From: Bryobacterales bacterium
GTDB lineage: Bacteria > Acidobacteriota > Terriglobia > Bryobacterales > UBA6623
Reading direction: 5' to 3'
Assembly (NCBI GenBank): GCA_965226245.1
Contig: CBDDCL010000015.1
Coordinates: 3,574,515 to 3,638,514, forward strand
Length of the DNA stretch: 64,000 nt
Below are positions 38,301 through 50,639 of this stretch, piece by piece (the stretch's first letter is position 1; each line of letters begins with the position of its first letter). The notes under the pieces were generated by a model. It saw only the letters and a list, made by a program, of their open reading frames with translations, was not told where the DNA came from and ran no database searches. The position numbers were made by a program, and so were the translations under genes.

Positions 38301-39671
38301 GACAGCGGCGTGATCCGCATCGGAGCGACGGTTCGTCCGGGCGACATCCTCGCAGGCAAGGTGACGCCCAAGGGGGAGACCCAGCTTACTCCGGAGGAGA
38401 AGCTGCTCCGTGCGATCTTCGGCGAGAAAGCCGGCGATGTGAAAGACGCCTCGCTGTACTGTCCGCCCGGGATCAGCGGTACCGTTGTGGACGCCAAGAT
38501 CTTTTCCCGCAAGGGCCAGGAAAAGGACGAGCGGGCCAAAACGATCGAGGCGACGACGGTTGCGCGGTTGCAGCGGAACCTCGATGACGAAAAGAGGATC
38601 CTCTACGACGAGCGCTCCAAGCGCTTGGCCGCGATGCTCGAAGGCAAGGTCGTTCAGGCCGACTTGCACGACGACCGCACCAATAAGAAGTTGCTCGAAA
38701 AGGGCGCTGCGCTGACTCGCGACATGCTCGAAAACCTGCGGGCCCGCGACTTGAAGCGGATGCGGATCAAGGAGAAGGATCTCGACCTGAACGAACGCAT
38801 CGACGAAATCGAAGAGATGACGGTGCGCCAAATTCAGGTGCTCGAGAAGCTGACCGACGAACGCGTGGCGAAGCTCAAGAAGGGTGATGAGCTTTCCCCG
38901 GGCGTCATCAAGATGGTCAAGGTCTACTTGGCCATGAAACGGAAGCTCTCGGTGGGCGACAAGATGGCGGGCCGCCACGGCAACAAGGGCGTGATCGCCC
39001 GCATCCTGCCCGAGGAAGATATGCCCTTCCTGCCCGACGGAACGCCTATTGAGATCGTGCTGAATCCCCTGGGCGTGCCTTCGCGAATGAATGTGGGGCA
39101 GATTCTCGAGACTCACCTGGGCTGGGCCGCCGCGGCGCTGGGCCTCAAATTCGCCTCGCCCGTGTTTGAAGGTCCTGGAGAGGCGTTAATCAAAGACCAG
39201 CTTAAAAAAGCCGGGCTCCCTGTTTCCGGCAAATCGACCCTTTTCGATGGTCTGACTGGTGACGCCTTCGAACAAGAAGTGACCTGCGGCTACATTTACA
39301 TGCTCAAGCTGTCGCACTTGGTGGACGACAAGATCCATGCCCGCTCCATCGGACCCTACTCGCTGATTACGCAGCAGCCTTTGGGCGGCAAAGCGCAATT
39401 CGGCGGACAGCGATTCGGCGAAATGGAAGTGTGGGCTCTGGAAGCGTACGGCGCCGCTCACATTTTGCAGGAGTTGCTGACCGCTAAGTCGGATGACGTT
39501 CATGGCCGGGCGAAGATCTACGAGGCCATTGTGAAGGGCGAAGCGGCGCTGGAGCCCGGCGTTCCGGAATCGTTTAATGTCTTGATCCGCGAGCTGCAAT
39601 CGCTGTGTCTCGATGTGGAACTGGTCAAAAAACAGCAAGACGTGATTCAAACGGCGCTGGCTGCTGACTAG
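35355..39671 (+). CDS. rpoB: RNA polymerase beta subunit (with Cys-rich insert)
   Basis: [63 protein letters not shown]. Confidence 0.99.
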   Translation: MPSTTANGLRVNGSSSGRHDFSRIVTAIPIPNLIEVQKNSYERFLQMDHLPSERDDTGLQAVFNSVFPIGDFRGLSELEFVEYSIGDWECKCGHLRGLHHLRSTCGRCGSTVKTDPYGPSEISCGQCGSYNENVVNFCTKCGDPVGLKLKYDVDECQERGMTFAAPLTVTIRLTIFEKDPDTGAKSIRDIKEQEVFFGEISLMTERGTFIISGTERVIVSQLHRSPGVFFETVNRRSYFLGKIIPYRGSWVEFEYDAKNLLYVRIDRKRKFLGTVFLRALGLNTDEDILRGFYKADTITIDGKRLYRTVSESLVGTRLTEAVTNKKSEVIVPKGRKLTPHVLGEIQKASIKRLPTSTADLEGAFLVADIVDPGSGEVLAEANSEITPEKVAALMDSPIKQFEVFYAERDAVGLVLSTTLKKDTVKTQQEALVEIYRKLRPGDPPTLETATQLFKGMFFDSRKYDFSRVGRMKFNIKLHDRMDASSLDRRTLEPEDFYATIAYLLKLRRNIGEVDDIDHLGNRRVRAVGELLENQFRIGLVRMERAIKEKMSVYQEMATAMPHDLVNAKPVMAAIREFFGSSQLSQFMDQTNPLSEITHKRRLSALGPGGLSRERAGFEVRDVHPTHYGRICPIETPEGPNIGLISSLSCFAQINEYGFIESPYRRVSNGVVVSEVQVVSGGDTDLKPGAVLTRREAEKANRALGARKRHAEFESYCNYLSAWEEDRYVIAQANIEVDGKGRIVPELANCRVAGDFQLKRRAEIEYVDVSPKQLVSVAASLIPFLENDDANRALMGSNMQRQAVPLLRADAPLVGTGMEEVAAHDSGAVVLCRRDGVVDSVDSERIIVRVTGAGHEGQMSREVGADIYQLVKFKRSNQNTCVNQKPIVKKGDVVGKGQVLADGPCTAMGELALGRNVLVAFMSWRGYNFEDAILVSEKLVKEDYYTSIHIEEFEVEARDTKLGPEEITRDIPNISESFLRNLDDSGVIRIGATVRPGDILAGKVTPKGETQLTPEEKLLRAIFGEKAGDVKDASLYCPPGISGTVVDAKIFSRKGQEKDERAKTIEATTVARLQRNLDDEKRILYDERSKRLAAMLEGKVVQADLHDDRTNKKLLEKGAALTRDMLENLRARDLKRMRIKEKDLDLNERIDEIEEMTVRQIQVLEKLTDERVAKLKKGDELSPGVIKMVKVYLAMKRKLSVGDKMAGRHGNKGVIARILPEEDMPFLPDGTPIEIVLNPLGVPSRMNVGQILETHLGWAAAALGLKFASPVFEGPGEALIKDQLKKAGLPVSGKSTLFDGLTGDAFEQEVTCGYIYMLKLSHLVDDKIHARSIGPYSLITQQPLGGKAQFGGQRFGEMEVWALEAYGAAHILQELLTAKSDDVHGRAKIYEAIVKGEAALEPGVPESFNVLIRELQSLCLDVELVKKQQDVIQTALAAD

Positions 39672-39724
39672 CGCCGCGAAGACGAACACCTAACTCTTGA
39701 AAGACGCCTGGAACGGAGGCTACC

Positions 39725-42700
39725 TTGTATCGATCCAGTCCCTATGACCGTGCGAGCGTGATTGCCGATTTCGATAGTATCCGGATTGGCCTGGCATCTC
39801 CTGAAAAGATTCGGAGCTGGTCTCATGGCGAAGTGCTCAAGCCGGAGACGATCAATTACCGTACGTTTAAGCCGGAAAGAGACGGGCTATTTTGCGCCAA
39901 GATATTCGGTCCCACGACGGATTGGGAATGTCTTTGCGGCAAATACAAGCGAATGAAGCACCGCGGGGTCATTTGTGACAAGTGCGGTGTTGAAGTCACA
40001 CTCAACCGGGTGCGCCGCGAGAGGCTCGCTCACATCGAACTGGCTTCACCTTGTTCCCATGTTTGGTTCTTCAAAGGCCTCCCGAGCCGCATTGGCCAGT
40101 TGCTGGATATCAGTTTGCGGGAACTGGAGCGGGTTCTCTACTTTGAAGCTTTCGTCGTCGTTGACCCGGGAGAGGTATCTGCCCTGACCGCGGGAGAGGT
40201 TCTCAGCGACGAACGGAAACGGCAACTCGATCAGGAATTTCCAGGCCAATTTGTGGCCCTGATGGGCGCCGAGGGCATCAAGGAGCTGCTGAAGAAGATC
40301 GAGCTGAACGGGTTGGCGAAAGAGCTTCGCACCAAGATGAAAGAGGAGACTTCGCTTCAAAAGAAGCTCAAGTTCACGCGGCGGCTCAAGGTCGCCGAAG
40401 CTTTTCGCAAGTCGGGCAACAAGCCCGAGTGGATGGTTCTCGATGTAATTCCCGTCATTCCGCCCGAGCTTCGGCCGTTGGTTCCGCTCGATGGAGGCCG
40501 CTTCGCGACCTCCGACCTCAATGATCTCTACCGGCGGGTCATCAACCGCAACAACCGGCTAAAAAAACTCATGGAGCTGAGCGCTCCCGACGTCATCGTG
40601 CGCAATGAAAAGCGCATGCTGCAGGAGGCGGTGGATGCGCTGTTTGACAACGGCCGCCGCGGACACGTGCTTCGCGGCGCCAACAATAGGCCGCTCAAGT
40701 CTCTCTCCGATACGTTGAAAGGCAAGCAAGGCCGTTTCCGCCAGAACCTTCTCGGTAAGCGCGTCGATTATTCCGGACGGTCCGTGATTGTAGTCGGGCC
40801 CGAATTGAAGCTGCATCAGTGCGGCTTGCCCAAGCAGATGGCGATCGAGCTGTTCAAACCGTTTATCTACCAGCGCCTGGAGCAGCGCGGGCACTGTACA
40901 ACGATCAAACAGGCGAAAGAACTGGTCGAGCAGCAGGACGGGGTCGTCTGGGACATCTTGGAAGAGGTGATCAAAGATCATCCCGTTCTTCTCAACCGCG
41001 CGCCCACCCTGCACCGGCTCGGCATTCAGGCCTTCGAGCCTGTTTTGGTCGAGGGCAAGGCTATTAAGATCCACCCGCTGGTGTGCACGGCCTTCAATGC
41101 GGATTTTGACGGGGATCAAATGGCGGTTCACATTCCGCTGTCGCCGGAAGCTCAGGTCGAGGCGGAAGTCTTGATGCTGAGCGCCAATAACATCCTTTCG
41201 CCGGCCAATGGCGCCCCGATCACCACGCCTTCGCAAGACATGGTGCTGGGCCTGTATTACCTCACTAAAGCGCGGCCCGGAGCCAAGGGCGAAGGACGCA
41301 CCTTTGGAAGCACCGAAGAAGTGATCTTGGCGCTGGAGATGGGCGAAGTCGCGACGCTCACGCCTATCAAGCTCTACTACACCGGACGCGTGATTGACCT
41401 GGTCAACGCTTTCGATAACCAGAACATTCTCCATGCAGAGCCCGTCGAGTTCAGGAAGCAACACATGGACACGACGGTCGGCCGGGTCATTCTCAATGAC
41501 CATGTGCCGGACAGGATGCCATTTATTAACGGTATCCTGAAGAAAAAGGGTCTGGCGCAACTGGTTCAGTACTGCTACCTTCAGTTCGGCCGTGAGCAGA
41601 CCGTCACGATGCTCGACAAGTTGAAGGATCTGGGCTTTGAATACGCCACGAAAGCGGGAATCTCCATCGGTATTGACGACATGGTTGTCCCGGCGGAAAA
41701 AGCGCGCCTGGTCAAGGGAGCGCAAAAGGAAGTGATGGCCGTTGAACAGCAGTATCTCGACGGCGCCATCACGCACGGTGAGCGCTACAACAAGATCATT
41801 GAAATTTGGTCGAAGGTCACCGAGCGCGTCTCGGACGAGATGTTCGAAGGCATGGAATCCCAAGACAACAGCGGAGCTGAGATCAACCCGATCTACATCA
41901 TGGCCGACTCCGGGGCGCGCGGATCGAAGCAGCAGATTCGCCAGTTGTCCGGCATGCGCGGGCTGATGGCCAAGCCCAGCGGCGAGATCATCGAGACGCC
42001 GATCACGGCGAACTTCCGCGAAGGCCTGAACGTGCTGCAGTACTTCATTTCAACGCACGGCGCACGCAAAGGATTGGCCGATACCGCGCTGAAAACCGCC
42101 GATTCGGGCTACCTCACCCGCCGTCTTGTCGATGTTGCGCAGGACGTCATCATTACGGCGCCGGACTGCAATACGAGCGAGGAAATCTTTGTCGAGCCGA
42201 TCGTCGAGTCGGGAGAGATCATCGAATCCCTTCGAGACCGCATCGTAGGACGGGTTTCCCTCGAAGAGATCAAAGACTATGAAGGCGATACCATCGTCGA
42301 AGTCAACCAGGAAATCACCGAGGATCTGGCGGCGGCGATCCAAGCCGCCGGCATTGAGCGAGTCAATATCCGCTCGGTGCTGACGTGTGAAGCCGAACGC
42401 GGTGTTTGCCGCATGTGCTACGGGCGCAACTTGGCCACGGGACGCTTGGTCGAGCGTGGCGAGGCGGTCGGAGTGATTGCGGCTCAATCGATCGGGGAGC
42501 CCGGAACGCAGCTCACCATGCGGACGTTCCATATCGGCGGAACGGCCACGCGAGTCAGCGAGCAGTCGACGCAAGACGCCAAGTCGGACGGGTTCGCGAA
42601 GTTCATCGGGATCACCACGGTTCGCAACAAAACCGGCGACCTGGTCGCCATGAACCGCAACGGCATCCTGGCCATTGTGGATGAACAAGGCCGCGAGAAA

Positions 42701-43942
42701 GAGCGCTATCAGGTGGTTTATGGCGCCAAGTTCCGGGTGGCGGACGGTGACCCGGTTACCGCAAACCAAATCTTGCTGGAGTGGGATCCCTACACTTTCT
42801 CGATTCTGACCGAGGACGGTGGAAGGTGCCACTTCGTTGACTTGCAGGAAGGCGTTTCGCTGCAGGAGCAGATAGACGAAGTGACCGGCATGTCGCAGTG
42901 GGTCGTAACGGATTCACCTGATGAGAAGCGGCAGCCGCAGATTGAGATTCGCGGCGGCAAGGGAAAGACGAAACGGAAGTATCTGATTCCGACGAACGCC
43001 CACCTGATGGTTCGCGACGGAGACGACATCCACGCCGGGGACGTGCTGGCGAAGATTCCTCGCGAAACCACGAAGACGAAGGACATTACCGGCGGCCTGC
43101 CTCGCGTAGTGGAATTGTTTGAAGCGCGGCGGCCCAAAGAAACAGCCGTCATCTCGGAAATCGACGGCGCTGTCCGCTATGGCGAAATCTCCAAGGGGCA
43201 GCGCAAGATCTACGTCGTGGCCGAGAACGGAGAAGAGCGCGAGTATTCGCTGCCACGCGGCGTGCACATCAATGTCCAGGAGGGGGAGCGTGTCCAGGCC
43301 GGCGAGCCGCTGATGGACGGGCCGCGGGATCCGCACGACATCCTGGCGGTTCTCGGCGAAAAGGAACTGCAAAAGTATCTCGTCAACGAGATCCAAGAGG
43401 TCTACCGTTTGCAGGGTGTCAACATCAATGACAAGCACCTTGAAGTCATCGTTCGTCAGATGATGCGCTGGATCAAGGTGGAAGAGGTCGGCGACTCTGA
43501 GTTCCTGCTGGAGCAAGTCGTGGATAAATTCAAATTCCAAACCACCAACAGCGCCTTGGGAGCCAGCGGCGACGAGCCTGCTATCGGACGGCCGCTGCTG
43601 ATGGGAATCACCAAGGCGTCTCTGGCGACGGATTCGTTCATTTCCGCCGCCTCGTTCCAGGAGACGACGCGCGTTCTCACGGAAGCTTCGATCAGCGGTC
43701 GCGTGGATTATCTCCGCGGCCTCAAGGAGAACGTCATCGTCGGACGCCTGATTCCCGCCGGTACGGGTCTCGACATTTACCGCCGGGTGAAAATTGCCGG
43801 CGAAGACGAGCCCGAAGAGATTGTTCCCGAAGTCGAATACCTGAGCGGCGTTCCCGGCTACGGTGACGAAACTCCCATCGAGTACCCCGCCGGACTGGCC
43901 GAGGAAGCTGTTCCCGAGACCCTGGCCCCTCCCGCGGAATAG
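39725..43942 (+). CDS. rpoC: RNA polymerase beta' subunit
   Basis: [44 protein letters not shown]. Confidence 0.99.
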   Translation: MYRSSPYDRASVIADFDSIRIGLASPEKIRSWSHGEVLKPETINYRTFKPERDGLFCAKIFGPTTDWECLCGKYKRMKHRGVICDKCGVEVTLNRVRRERLAHIELASPCSHVWFFKGLPSRIGQLLDISLRELERVLYFEAFVVVDPGEVSALTAGEVLSDERKRQLDQEFPGQFVALMGAEGIKELLKKIELNGLAKELRTKMKEETSLQKKLKFTRRLKVAEAFRKSGNKPEWMVLDVIPVIPPELRPLVPLDGGRFATSDLNDLYRRVINRNNRLKKLMELSAPDVIVRNEKRMLQEAVDALFDNGRRGHVLRGANNRPLKSLSDTLKGKQGRFRQNLLGKRVDYSGRSVIVVGPELKLHQCGLPKQMAIELFKPFIYQRLEQRGHCTTIKQAKELVEQQDGVVWDILEEVIKDHPVLLNRAPTLHRLGIQAFEPVLVEGKAIKIHPLVCTAFNADFDGDQMAVHIPLSPEAQVEAEVLMLSANNILSPANGAPITTPSQDMVLGLYYLTKARPGAKGEGRTFGSTEEVILALEMGEVATLTPIKLYYTGRVIDLVNAFDNQNILHAEPVEFRKQHMDTTVGRVILNDHVPDRMPFINGILKKKGLAQLVQYCYLQFGREQTVTMLDKLKDLGFEYATKAGISIGIDDMVVPAEKARLVKGAQKEVMAVEQQYLDGAITHGERYNKIIEIWSKVTERVSDEMFEGMESQDNSGAEINPIYIMADSGARGSKQQIRQLSGMRGLMAKPSGEIIETPITANFREGLNVLQYFISTHGARKGLADTALKTADSGYLTRRLVDVAQDVIITAPDCNTSEEIFVEPIVESGEIIESLRDRIVGRVSLEEIKDYEGDTIVEVNQEITEDLAAAIQAAGIERVNIRSVLTCEAERGVCRMCYGRNLATGRLVERGEAVGVIAAQSIGEPGTQLTMRTFHIGGTATRVSEQSTQDAKSDGFAKFIGITTVRNKTGDLVAMNRNGILAIVDEQGREKERYQVVYGAKFRVADGDPVTANQILLEWDPYTFSILTEDGGRCHFVDLQEGVSLQEQIDEVTGMSQWVVTDSPDEKRQPQIEIRGGKGKTKRKYLIPTNAHLMVRDGDDIHAGDVLAKIPRETTKTKDITGGLPRVVELFEARRPKETAVISEIDGAVRYGEISKGQRKIYVVAENGEEREYSLPRGVHINVQEGERVQAGEPLMDGPRDPHDILAVLGEKELQKYLVNEIQEVYRLQGVNINDKHLEVIVRQMMRWIKVEEVGDSEFLLEQVVDKFKFQTTNSALGASGDEPAIGRPLLMGITKASLATDSFISAASFQETTRVLTEASISGRVDYLRGLKENVIVGRLIPAGTGLDIYRRVKIAGEDEPEEIVPEVEYLSGVPGYGDETPIEYPAGLAEEAVPETLAPPAE

Positions 43943-44205
43943 ATCCATCCGGGGCCCTCGGCCGGCCTCCAACGTTGCCGGTGGAGGGGTTGTCCCTATC
44001 GAACCGGCCTCCGTAAAACGAAAAGCCGCGGGCTAGCGCGCTCGTCTGACTTGCCGCGCTGGGTGTTGCCGGACACACGTTCGCTTCTCGAAAAGCCAGT
44101 CTCGCCCCGAAACTCGCCGGGGCTCAAGTCTTGACAAGACCATCCTTTATAGGATATCGTAGTTTCAGTACTTACTGAAAAAACAATAATAACAGGAGAA
44201 ATGCT

Positions 44206-44553
44206 ATGCATGACGCTCACACGTTTCTGCTGGGGCTGGCCATTACGGTTGTGTTGAGCTTTGCCGTCGTCTGGTACCTGAAATCGGGTCTCAAGGGCAT
44301 CTTGCTAGATCTTTGCGGAACCGAGCGAAGGGCGGAGTTCTGGATGGTATTCACGAACGTCACCTTGATACTGCTGCCTATCGTGTTTGCAATGCAGTTC
44401 CATTCCGTCACGGAAGAAAACGTTTCGGCGGTTTTCGCAATCAGCTACCAATTGAAATGGAGTTTTGTTGGACTGGTCACATCGGTGCTGGCTATTGGGG
44501 TAACAGTGAGCCTGTTTATTCGCTGGGAAACGGCTAGAGCTAGCGGCAAGTGA
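44206..44553 (+). CDS. Hypothetical three-TM membrane protein
   Basis: AGGAGA RBS; three hydrophobic stretches, LCG..RAEFW motif; TTGACA at 44131 upstream. Confidence 0.7.
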   Translation: MHDAHTFLLGLAITVVLSFAVVWYLKSGLKGILLDLCGTERRAEFWMVFTNVTLILLPIVFAMQFHSVTEENVSAVFAISYQLKWSFVGLVTSVLAIGVTVSLFIRWETARASGK

Positions 44554-44720
44554 CAACATCAGGAAAGACTCAAGGCTCCGGGGATAGCTGGGCACACCGC
44601 CAAACGGTACGGAAAAACACCGCCGGGACACTCTGTTTGTCAGACGTTCGCGGCTGATTCGCGCCGCTGCCGAAGCCGCCGCGCAGGTGCGATACGATTA
44701 GTTGCACAGCCTTTCAGCCT

Positions 44721-46472
44721 ATGGACTTTGCACAGCACGTCAAGTCGTCCGTCGATATCGTCGGCGTGTTGGGGGAATACGTCCGTCTCCGCAAACAGGG
44801 CCCCGATCGGTTTGTGGGACTGTGTCCTTTCCACACGGAAAAGACCCCTTCTTTCTCCGTTCATCAAGGCCTCCAGATCTACAAATGTTTCGGCTGCGGG
44901 AAGGGAGGCGACGTCTTTTCATTCTTGATGGAGTTACAGGGACTCAGCTTCTATGAGGCTCTGAAAACGCTCGCCGAGCAGCATGGCATTCCCATGCCGC
45001 GGCGCCAGTTTGGAGAGCTTGCGGACGAAGAAAGCGCCCGCCGCGCCGCCCTCTACCGAATGCACGAGATCGCTCAGGAGGTGTTTCGGAAACAATTACA
45101 AAGTCCCCCGGGCGCGCATGCGCTAGAGTACACCAGACGCCGCTCTCTCAGCGAAGAAGTCATCGCCGAATTCGGTCTTGGCTATGCTGCCGCCAGAAGC
45201 CGGCTGATCGATCACTTCCAGCGCGAGGGCTTGCCGGACAAGCACCTCGAGGAGTCCGGATTGGTATCGAAGAGCCGCGAAGGCACGGGATTCTACGACC
45301 GATTCCGGGACCGTTTGACCTTTCCCATCAGCAACGAAAATGGCCGCATCGTGGCTTTCGGCGCCCGAGCCCTGGCCGCGGACCAGCAGCCGAAATATCT
45401 CAATTCCGCTGAAACGCCGATCTATAAAAAGAGTTCTATTCTCTACAATCTGCAACGCGCCAAGGTGTCGATGCGGAAGCAGAATCGAGTCATCCTTGTG
45501 GAGGGTTACATGGATGTCATCGGCGTCCACGCGGCCGGATTCCCGTCCGTCGTGGCGACTTGCGGGACATCCCTCACGTCCGAGCAAGTGCGTGCCCTTC
45601 GACGTCACGTGGAGCTGGTCGTGATCAACTTCGATTCCGATTCGGCCGGCAAGAGCGCCGCGCAACGTTCCATCAACCTTCTGCTCGAAGAGGGTTTGAG
45701 CGTGCGAGTGCTGACGCTGCCCGATGGCCTGGATCCGGCCGACTTTTGCCAGAAGCACGGTTCGGACGCTTACCGCGCGCGTCTCGAAAACGCTCCGGAC
45801 TACTACATTTGGCTGGCGGACCGCGCGCGTGAACAGTTTGACATGCACACCTCGGACGGCCGCGTGGGCGCCTTTCGGTTCCTCATGCCGTCAATCCATC
45901 TGCTTCCCGACAAACTGAAGCGGGCTTCGCTAGCCGACGAGCTGGCGAACCACCTGGCGATCCCGCCGGGTCTTGTATTGGAACAGTTCCGGCGGGCAGC
46001 CACCGAGCGCCGGTCCGCGCCTCTCGACGCTGCCGCGACGGATCAGTTTTCGCCGGGAGAGAGCCTGCTGCTGAAACTCTTCTTGAAGTCCCCGGAGGCT
46101 CGCCAGGAAATGTTGCACGGCGTCGCTGAGATAGCGGCATCCGAGGATCTTCCGAGCGCCAAGATTTTCGAGGCGTTGAGGGTAGCCGAGTCATCCGAAG
46201 AACCGTTTCAGTACGCGGCTGCTGAAGGCCGCCTTGAAGAGAAGGATCGCAAACTTCTCTCGAAGATCGCCTTTGAAGAAGATGCCCACTCTTGTTCACT
46301 CGATGATGGACGGCAAGCCTGCGGCGCACTGCGTGTGCGGAGTTGGGAGCGGCGCTATCGATCCGTTCGCAGACAGATTGCGGAGGCCGAAAAGTCGGGA
46401 GACCGCCGCCAGGCGTTGCGGCTTCTTCAGCTCAAAACCAAGCTGGAACGCGAAAGAAAAACAACGTTTTAA
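44721..46472 (+). CDS. dnaG: DNA primase
   Basis: CPFHTEKTPSF..CFGC zinc finger, KYLNSAET, VEGYMDV, TCGTSLT, FDSDSAG, DPAD. Confidence 0.98.
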   Translation: MDFAQHVKSSVDIVGVLGEYVRLRKQGPDRFVGLCPFHTEKTPSFSVHQGLQIYKCFGCGKGGDVFSFLMELQGLSFYEALKTLAEQHGIPMPRRQFGELADEESARRAALYRMHEIAQEVFRKQLQSPPGAHALEYTRRRSLSEEVIAEFGLGYAAARSRLIDHFQREGLPDKHLEESGLVSKSREGTGFYDRFRDRLTFPISNENGRIVAFGARALAADQQPKYLNSAETPIYKKSSILYNLQRAKVSMRKQNRVILVEGYMDVIGVHAAGFPSVVATCGTSLTSEQVRALRRHVELVVINFDSDSAGKSAAQRSINLLLEEGLSVRVLTLPDGLDPADFCQKHGSDAYRARLENAPDYYIWLADRAREQFDMHTSDGRVGAFRFLMPSIHLLPDKLKRASLADELANHLAIPPGLVLEQFRRAATERRSAPLDAAATDQFSPGESLLLKLFLKSPEARQEMLHGVAEIAASEDLPSAKIFEALRVAESSEEPFQYAAAEGRLEEKDRKLLSKIAFEEDAHSCSLDDGRQACGALRVRSWERRYRSVRRQIAEAEKSGDRRQALRLLQLKTKLERERKTTF

Positions 46473-46603
46473 CGACTGAAAAGTTAGCTGAAGTTGTCTA
46501 GAGATTTCAGGCCGGCGGTGCGGATAACAACTGAAAATCGTTGCGCGGGCAACTGTAAAACGCTTACATGACAAAGGACGCCTGGAGAAAATATCCGATA
46601 TCA

Positions 46604-48401
46604 CCTGAATTATGCACAGGTTCGGCGTAGCCATCGCCGATGGAGTTGTGGCGGTAGCGGCAGTCGTGTCAACTCAGTGATTTAGCAAGTCGTCTTTTCT
46701 GCTGTTTCCTTCCCGGTTTGAGCCGCCTCCCAATTCCGGGCGGGCAAAAGCGGGCTCGCAAACGGCATGTTCCCAGTAGCTTGCGGCCCGTGCATAAAAT
46801 TCTATGCGCAGCGCCCCTCAACGCAGCGCACCCTCCACCACCGGCGCGCAGCTCGATCCCGGCGGCGCCATCGCCCGCAGCCGCCGCATCAGCCGCTCGA
46901 ACAGGCCCTGCTCCTGGTACTGATCGCTGTAGCTGATGCCCGTTCTGCCGGCATGCCGCCAGATCTTGGCCGCCACGAACAGAAAGCGCAGCCGCGCCGT
47001 CGCCAGGGTGGTGTGGCGCAGCTTCTCCGGGGTGGCGTCGGCTTCGCGCTGGAACAGCAGCAGCCAGCAGTTGAGGTTGTAGGCCAGCATGACCAACTGA
47101 AAGTGATTGCGGTTCATGTCAAAGCGGCGCGAAGGATGGGCCGCCAGCCCGGCGTCGTTGTTGGCTTCTTTGATGAGGTTCTCCGCCCCAGCCCGCTGGT
47201 TGTAAAACCACGCCACCGCCGCGATCGGCTCGGTGAGGTTGGTGACGAACACGCGGTAGGTGTAAGCGCTGGTTGCAAACAACTGATATTGCTCGACTTC
47301 GTCGGTTTCCGGCTCCTTTTCATAACGCAGCGCGACAAAGCGGCAGGCCCTGCCCCAGCCTTGCGGCTGGTAGAGGAATTCGCACTCCGCCGCAGCGTCG
47401 CTGTGGGGCGAGGGCTTCCATTCCGCTTGCTGCAACTGCTCGACCAGTCGCCTGGTCTTGCGCGCCACGATGACGAACTGACAATGCGCTTGTTCGTAGG
47501 CTGCCACCGCTTCCCAGCAATAAAAGCCGGAATCGGCCCGCGCCAAGATCCGCTTCACACTGGCCGGCAAAGCCTGGAAAGCACTTTCGAGGTGCGCCGC
47601 GATCTCTTTGCCCGTGGGCCGGTCGCCATTGTGCAACCCGCCCATCAGGTATTCGCGCGTCTCGGCCAGGAAGGTCAGTATCGGCTGGTAGCTGCGCTTG
47701 CCCTTGTTCTTGGGGTTGTAGCTCTTGCGCCCGCCCATCTGCTGGCCGTAGAGGGTGTGCACGGTGGTGTCGGTGTCCAGCGTCACCGTGGTCAACCGCA
47801 CGTTGGCCGCCGCCCAGGCTCGTTCGCGCAGTTGGCGCTGCATCGACAGGATCTGCCGCGCCACGTTGAGATGCAGCGAGGCCAGAAAGCGCCACAGCGT
47901 GGATTGCGGCGGCAGCCGCGTCACTTGCAAGATGCCGGTCAGGATGGGGTCGCGCGCGATGAAGCGGAGTTGGTTGAGCCGCGCAAAGCCGACATAGAGG
48001 CCCAGCACGAGGGCCAGCACAAACTGGTAGAGGCTCATCACACGGGTGATTCGTTTGACGCTGAGGGTTTGTTCCAGCAGCTCTTGGAAGCCGAGTTTTT
48101 CGAGCAGGGTGGCGACCGGCAGCAGGCCGCCGTAGGGAGTCAGATTCTTGCCGCGGAAGTGATAGGGCGTGGAAGCCCCGATTTTATTGGGCTGCGGAGC
48201 CGTCGCGCCGCGGCCTTGTTTGGCGGGGTTTTTGGAGCTATGCTGTTTTCGCTTGGTAACCATTTGGGTGACCTTCTTGGGGTTGGCTGGCGAAGCTGAA
48301 ATCTTTGCCAGCCTACCTTATTACCCCATGTTTTCGGGGGTCGCCCAATGGTCCCTCGCGGCACAGCCCTCCTCAGGTGTACCCGCAGTGCATAATTCAG
48401 G
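46604..48401 (-). mobile_element. Complete IS1380-family insertion sequence, 1798 bp
   Basis: IRs CCTGAATTATGCAC / GTGCATAATTCAGG; 5-bp direct repeat TATCA at 46599-46603 and 48402-48406. Confidence 0.93.
46818..48263 (-). CDS. IS1380-family DDE transposase
   Basis: LTPYGGL, LDTDTTVHTLYGQQ...SYQPIL, RADSGFY, FYNQRAGAENLIKE. Confidence 0.93.
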   Translation of the reverse strand: MVTKRKQHSSKNPAKQGRGATAPQPNKIGASTPYHFRGKNLTPYGGLLPVATLLEKLGFQELLEQTLSVKRITRVMSLYQFVLALVLGLYVGFARLNQLRFIARDPILTGILQVTRLPPQSTLWRFLASLHLNVARQILSMQRQLRERAWAAANVRLTTVTLDTDTTVHTLYGQQMGGRKSYNPKNKGKRSYQPILTFLAETREYLMGGLHNGDRPTGKEIAAHLESAFQALPASVKRILARADSGFYCWEAVAAYEQAHCQFVIVARKTRRLVEQLQQAEWKPSPHSDAAAECEFLYQPQGWGRACRFVALRYEKEPETDEVEQYQLFATSAYTYRVFVTNLTEPIAAVAWFYNQRAGAENLIKEANNDAGLAAHPSRRFDMNRNHFQLVMLAYNLNCWLLLFQREADATPEKLRHTTLATARLRFLFVAAKIWRHAGRTGISYSDQYQEQGLFERLMRRLRAMAPPGSSCAPVVEGALR

Positions 48402-48837
48402 TATCACACAACATGTTTCAGCCAATCGTGCTGATATCTCAGAGGGAATCCGCCGCTACAAAGATAAAGTGTTTCGCTCGGAATAGGCGTGCCGCAAGTA
48501 CTACCCGGTTTGCCGCCATGTTGACATGGCGCTGTAGCGTTTGTTGTAGAATGATAGCACCTTGTTGGGGAGCTTAACGAGCGATCGGGCAAGTAGCGGC
48601 GAAACGGATCACACCAGTCGAGGCTGGCTACAGTGTTCTTAAGCGCGCCGACAGTTACCCGAACCAGGGGCACTGTGGCAACCAGGAGGCTGGCGGGGAA
48701 CGCGGACCTGGCGCTTAAGCCGGCGGTTCTTCTGGGAAGCGCAGGGTTGACCAATGAGGCGCGCCTCTCGGCTAGATTGCCTCGACACCGCGCACCGAGC
48801 GTCGGGTGAAGCCGGGGAAGTTCGGGAACCAATTACA

Positions 48838-50451
48838 GTGGATTCAGAAACGAGCAAAAGTCCAAGAGGCGTGACCGAAGTGGAAAGATTGCTCGGCAAC
48901 TACGATGCCCGGCAGCTTGAGACCATGCCAGAGACGCCGACGGGCACGGAAACCGACGAGACCGACTCCAGTTCGCCCGACACGGCCGAAGAGTCCGAGC
49001 TAAATCTTACTCCTGATGCCGCACCGAAAACGACAGACCCGGTGCGCATGTATTTGCGCGAGATGGGCGCGGCGCCGCTTTTGACCCGCGAGGGAGAAGT
49101 AGAGATCGCGCGCCGTATTGAAAGCGGCCGGATAGCGGCCCTAAAAGCCCTGTCGCGTTGTCCCCTCACAGTCCGTGAGCTAGTCTCGGTGAGAGATGAG
49201 CTGGCAACGGGCGGGCGTTCGATCCGGGACGTCGTCTTGCTCAATTTCGATGACATCAACGAAGACTTGTTGAGCTCGAAGGGGCAGAACTTTGTTGAGG
49301 CCGTCAATGACGTGGCGCGGCTCCAAAAAAGCGGAGAAAAGGCCCGCCGCCGCCTGCGAGTGATTTCTCGCAGCCAGAAACCCGTTGAGACTCGAAAGCT
49401 GGCGATGGAGCTGGCGCGGATTCGAATTCGGATCTCGAAGAAGATTCGTGATCTTGAACTTTCCGATCATCAGAAAGACCGTTTGGTTGGGCAAATTCAA
49501 AAGGTCGTTGACACCCTCAAAGCGCTCGAAAAGCCTCTTGCCATACACCAGCGTGATCTCGAGCAACTGCCTCGCGGGCGCGGTGACGAAGCCCACAAGC
49601 TTCGCGCTGGGATTCGCGCTCTGCATCAGAAGATCAATCACCTTGAAGACGATTCCGGTTGCGGCTCCAGCGAACTCAGAACGACTTTGCGCATTATCCG
49701 CAAGGGCCAGTTGAAGGCCGAGATTGCCAAACGGGAACTCGTCGAAGCCAATCTTCGCCTTGTTGTTTCGATCGCAAAACGCTACGTAAACCGGGGACTC
49801 CAGTTCCTCGACCTGATTCAGGAAGGCAATCTCGGGCTGATGAAGGCCGTCGACAAGTTCGAGTATCAGCGCGGATACAAGTTTTCAACGTACGCGACCT
49901 GGTGGATCCGCCAGGCGATCACTCGGGCGATCGCTGATCAGGCCCGAACGATTCGCATCCCGGTCCACATGATCGAGACGATCAACAAAGTCATCCGCAC
50001 TTCCCGCAAACTCGTTCAAGAGTTGGGCCGCGAACCCAGCAGCGAGGAAATTGCCGAACGCATGGGCGTTCCGGTACCCAAGGTCCGTCGCGTTCTGAAA
50101 ATTGCACAAGAGCCGATTTCAATCGAAACTCCGGTCGGCGAAGAAGAAGAGTCACACTTGGGCGACTTCATTGAGGATCAGCAACAACTCTCTCCCGCGG
50201 ATACCGTAATCAACCTCAACTTGCGGGCGCAAACCGGCCAAGTGCTCAAGTCTCTCAGCCTGCGGGAGGAAAAGGTCATCATGATGCGTTTCGGCCTGGA
50301 AGATGGCAGTGAGCACACCCTCGAGGAAGTCGGCCAGCGCTTCGCCGTGACTCGCGAACGCATTCGCCAAATCGAAGCCAAGGCCTTGCGCAAACTGCGC
50401 CACCCAAGCCGCAGCAGCCGCCTCAAAGCCTTTGTCGAGGGCGAAGAGTAG
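48838..50451 (+). CDS. rpoD: Primary-type sigma70 factor; region 1.1 apparently reduced (start uncertain, 48754 or 48838)
   Basis: [11 protein letters not shown] (1.2), [14 protein letters not shown]...[29 protein letters not shown] (2), [24 protein letters not shown] (4); follows dnaG. Confidence 0.92.
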   Translation: MDSETSKSPRGVTEVERLLGNYDARQLETMPETPTGTETDETDSSSPDTAEESELNLTPDAAPKTTDPVRMYLREMGAAPLLTREGEVEIARRIESGRIAALKALSRCPLTVRELVSVRDELATGGRSIRDVVLLNFDDINEDLLSSKGQNFVEAVNDVARLQKSGEKARRRLRVISRSQKPVETRKLAMELARIRIRISKKIRDLELSDHQKDRLVGQIQKVVDTLKALEKPLAIHQRDLEQLPRGRGDEAHKLRAGIRALHQKINHLEDDSGCGSSELRTTLRIIRKGQLKAEIAKRELVEANLRLVVSIAKRYVNRGLQFLDLIQEGNLGLMKAVDKFEYQRGYKFSTYATWWIRQAITRAIADQARTIRIPVHMIETINKVIRTSRKLVQELGREPSSEEIAERMGVPVPKVRRVLKIAQEPISIETPVGEEEESHLGDFIEDQQQLSPADTVINLNLRAQTGQVLKSLSLREEKVIMMRFGLEDGSEHTLEEVGQRFAVTRERIRQIEAKALRKLRHPSRSSRLKAFVEGEE

Positions 50452-50639
50452 CGGCCCCGCGAAGAACCTCCCTCACCCCCGCCCAGGCAGTTGTGTTCGC
50501 ACGGTGTCGCTTCCCTGCCCCGTGCTAGCATCGATTCTGAGCTTGCGGCCGGATGCCGGTGCCGCATTGAACTTGATAGGTCCCTTCGAAGTTGGGGTTC
50601 GGCTTGTCCCAATAGAGTCCGGTGACCCTCGGCGCAACC

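Noticed and set aside
46767-48299. 510-aa ORF antisense to the IS1380 transposase; likewise 21083..21943 and 20971..22158 in the IS1202 element
   Set aside because: Overlap the real transposases, have no motifs, and are expected at this GC content.
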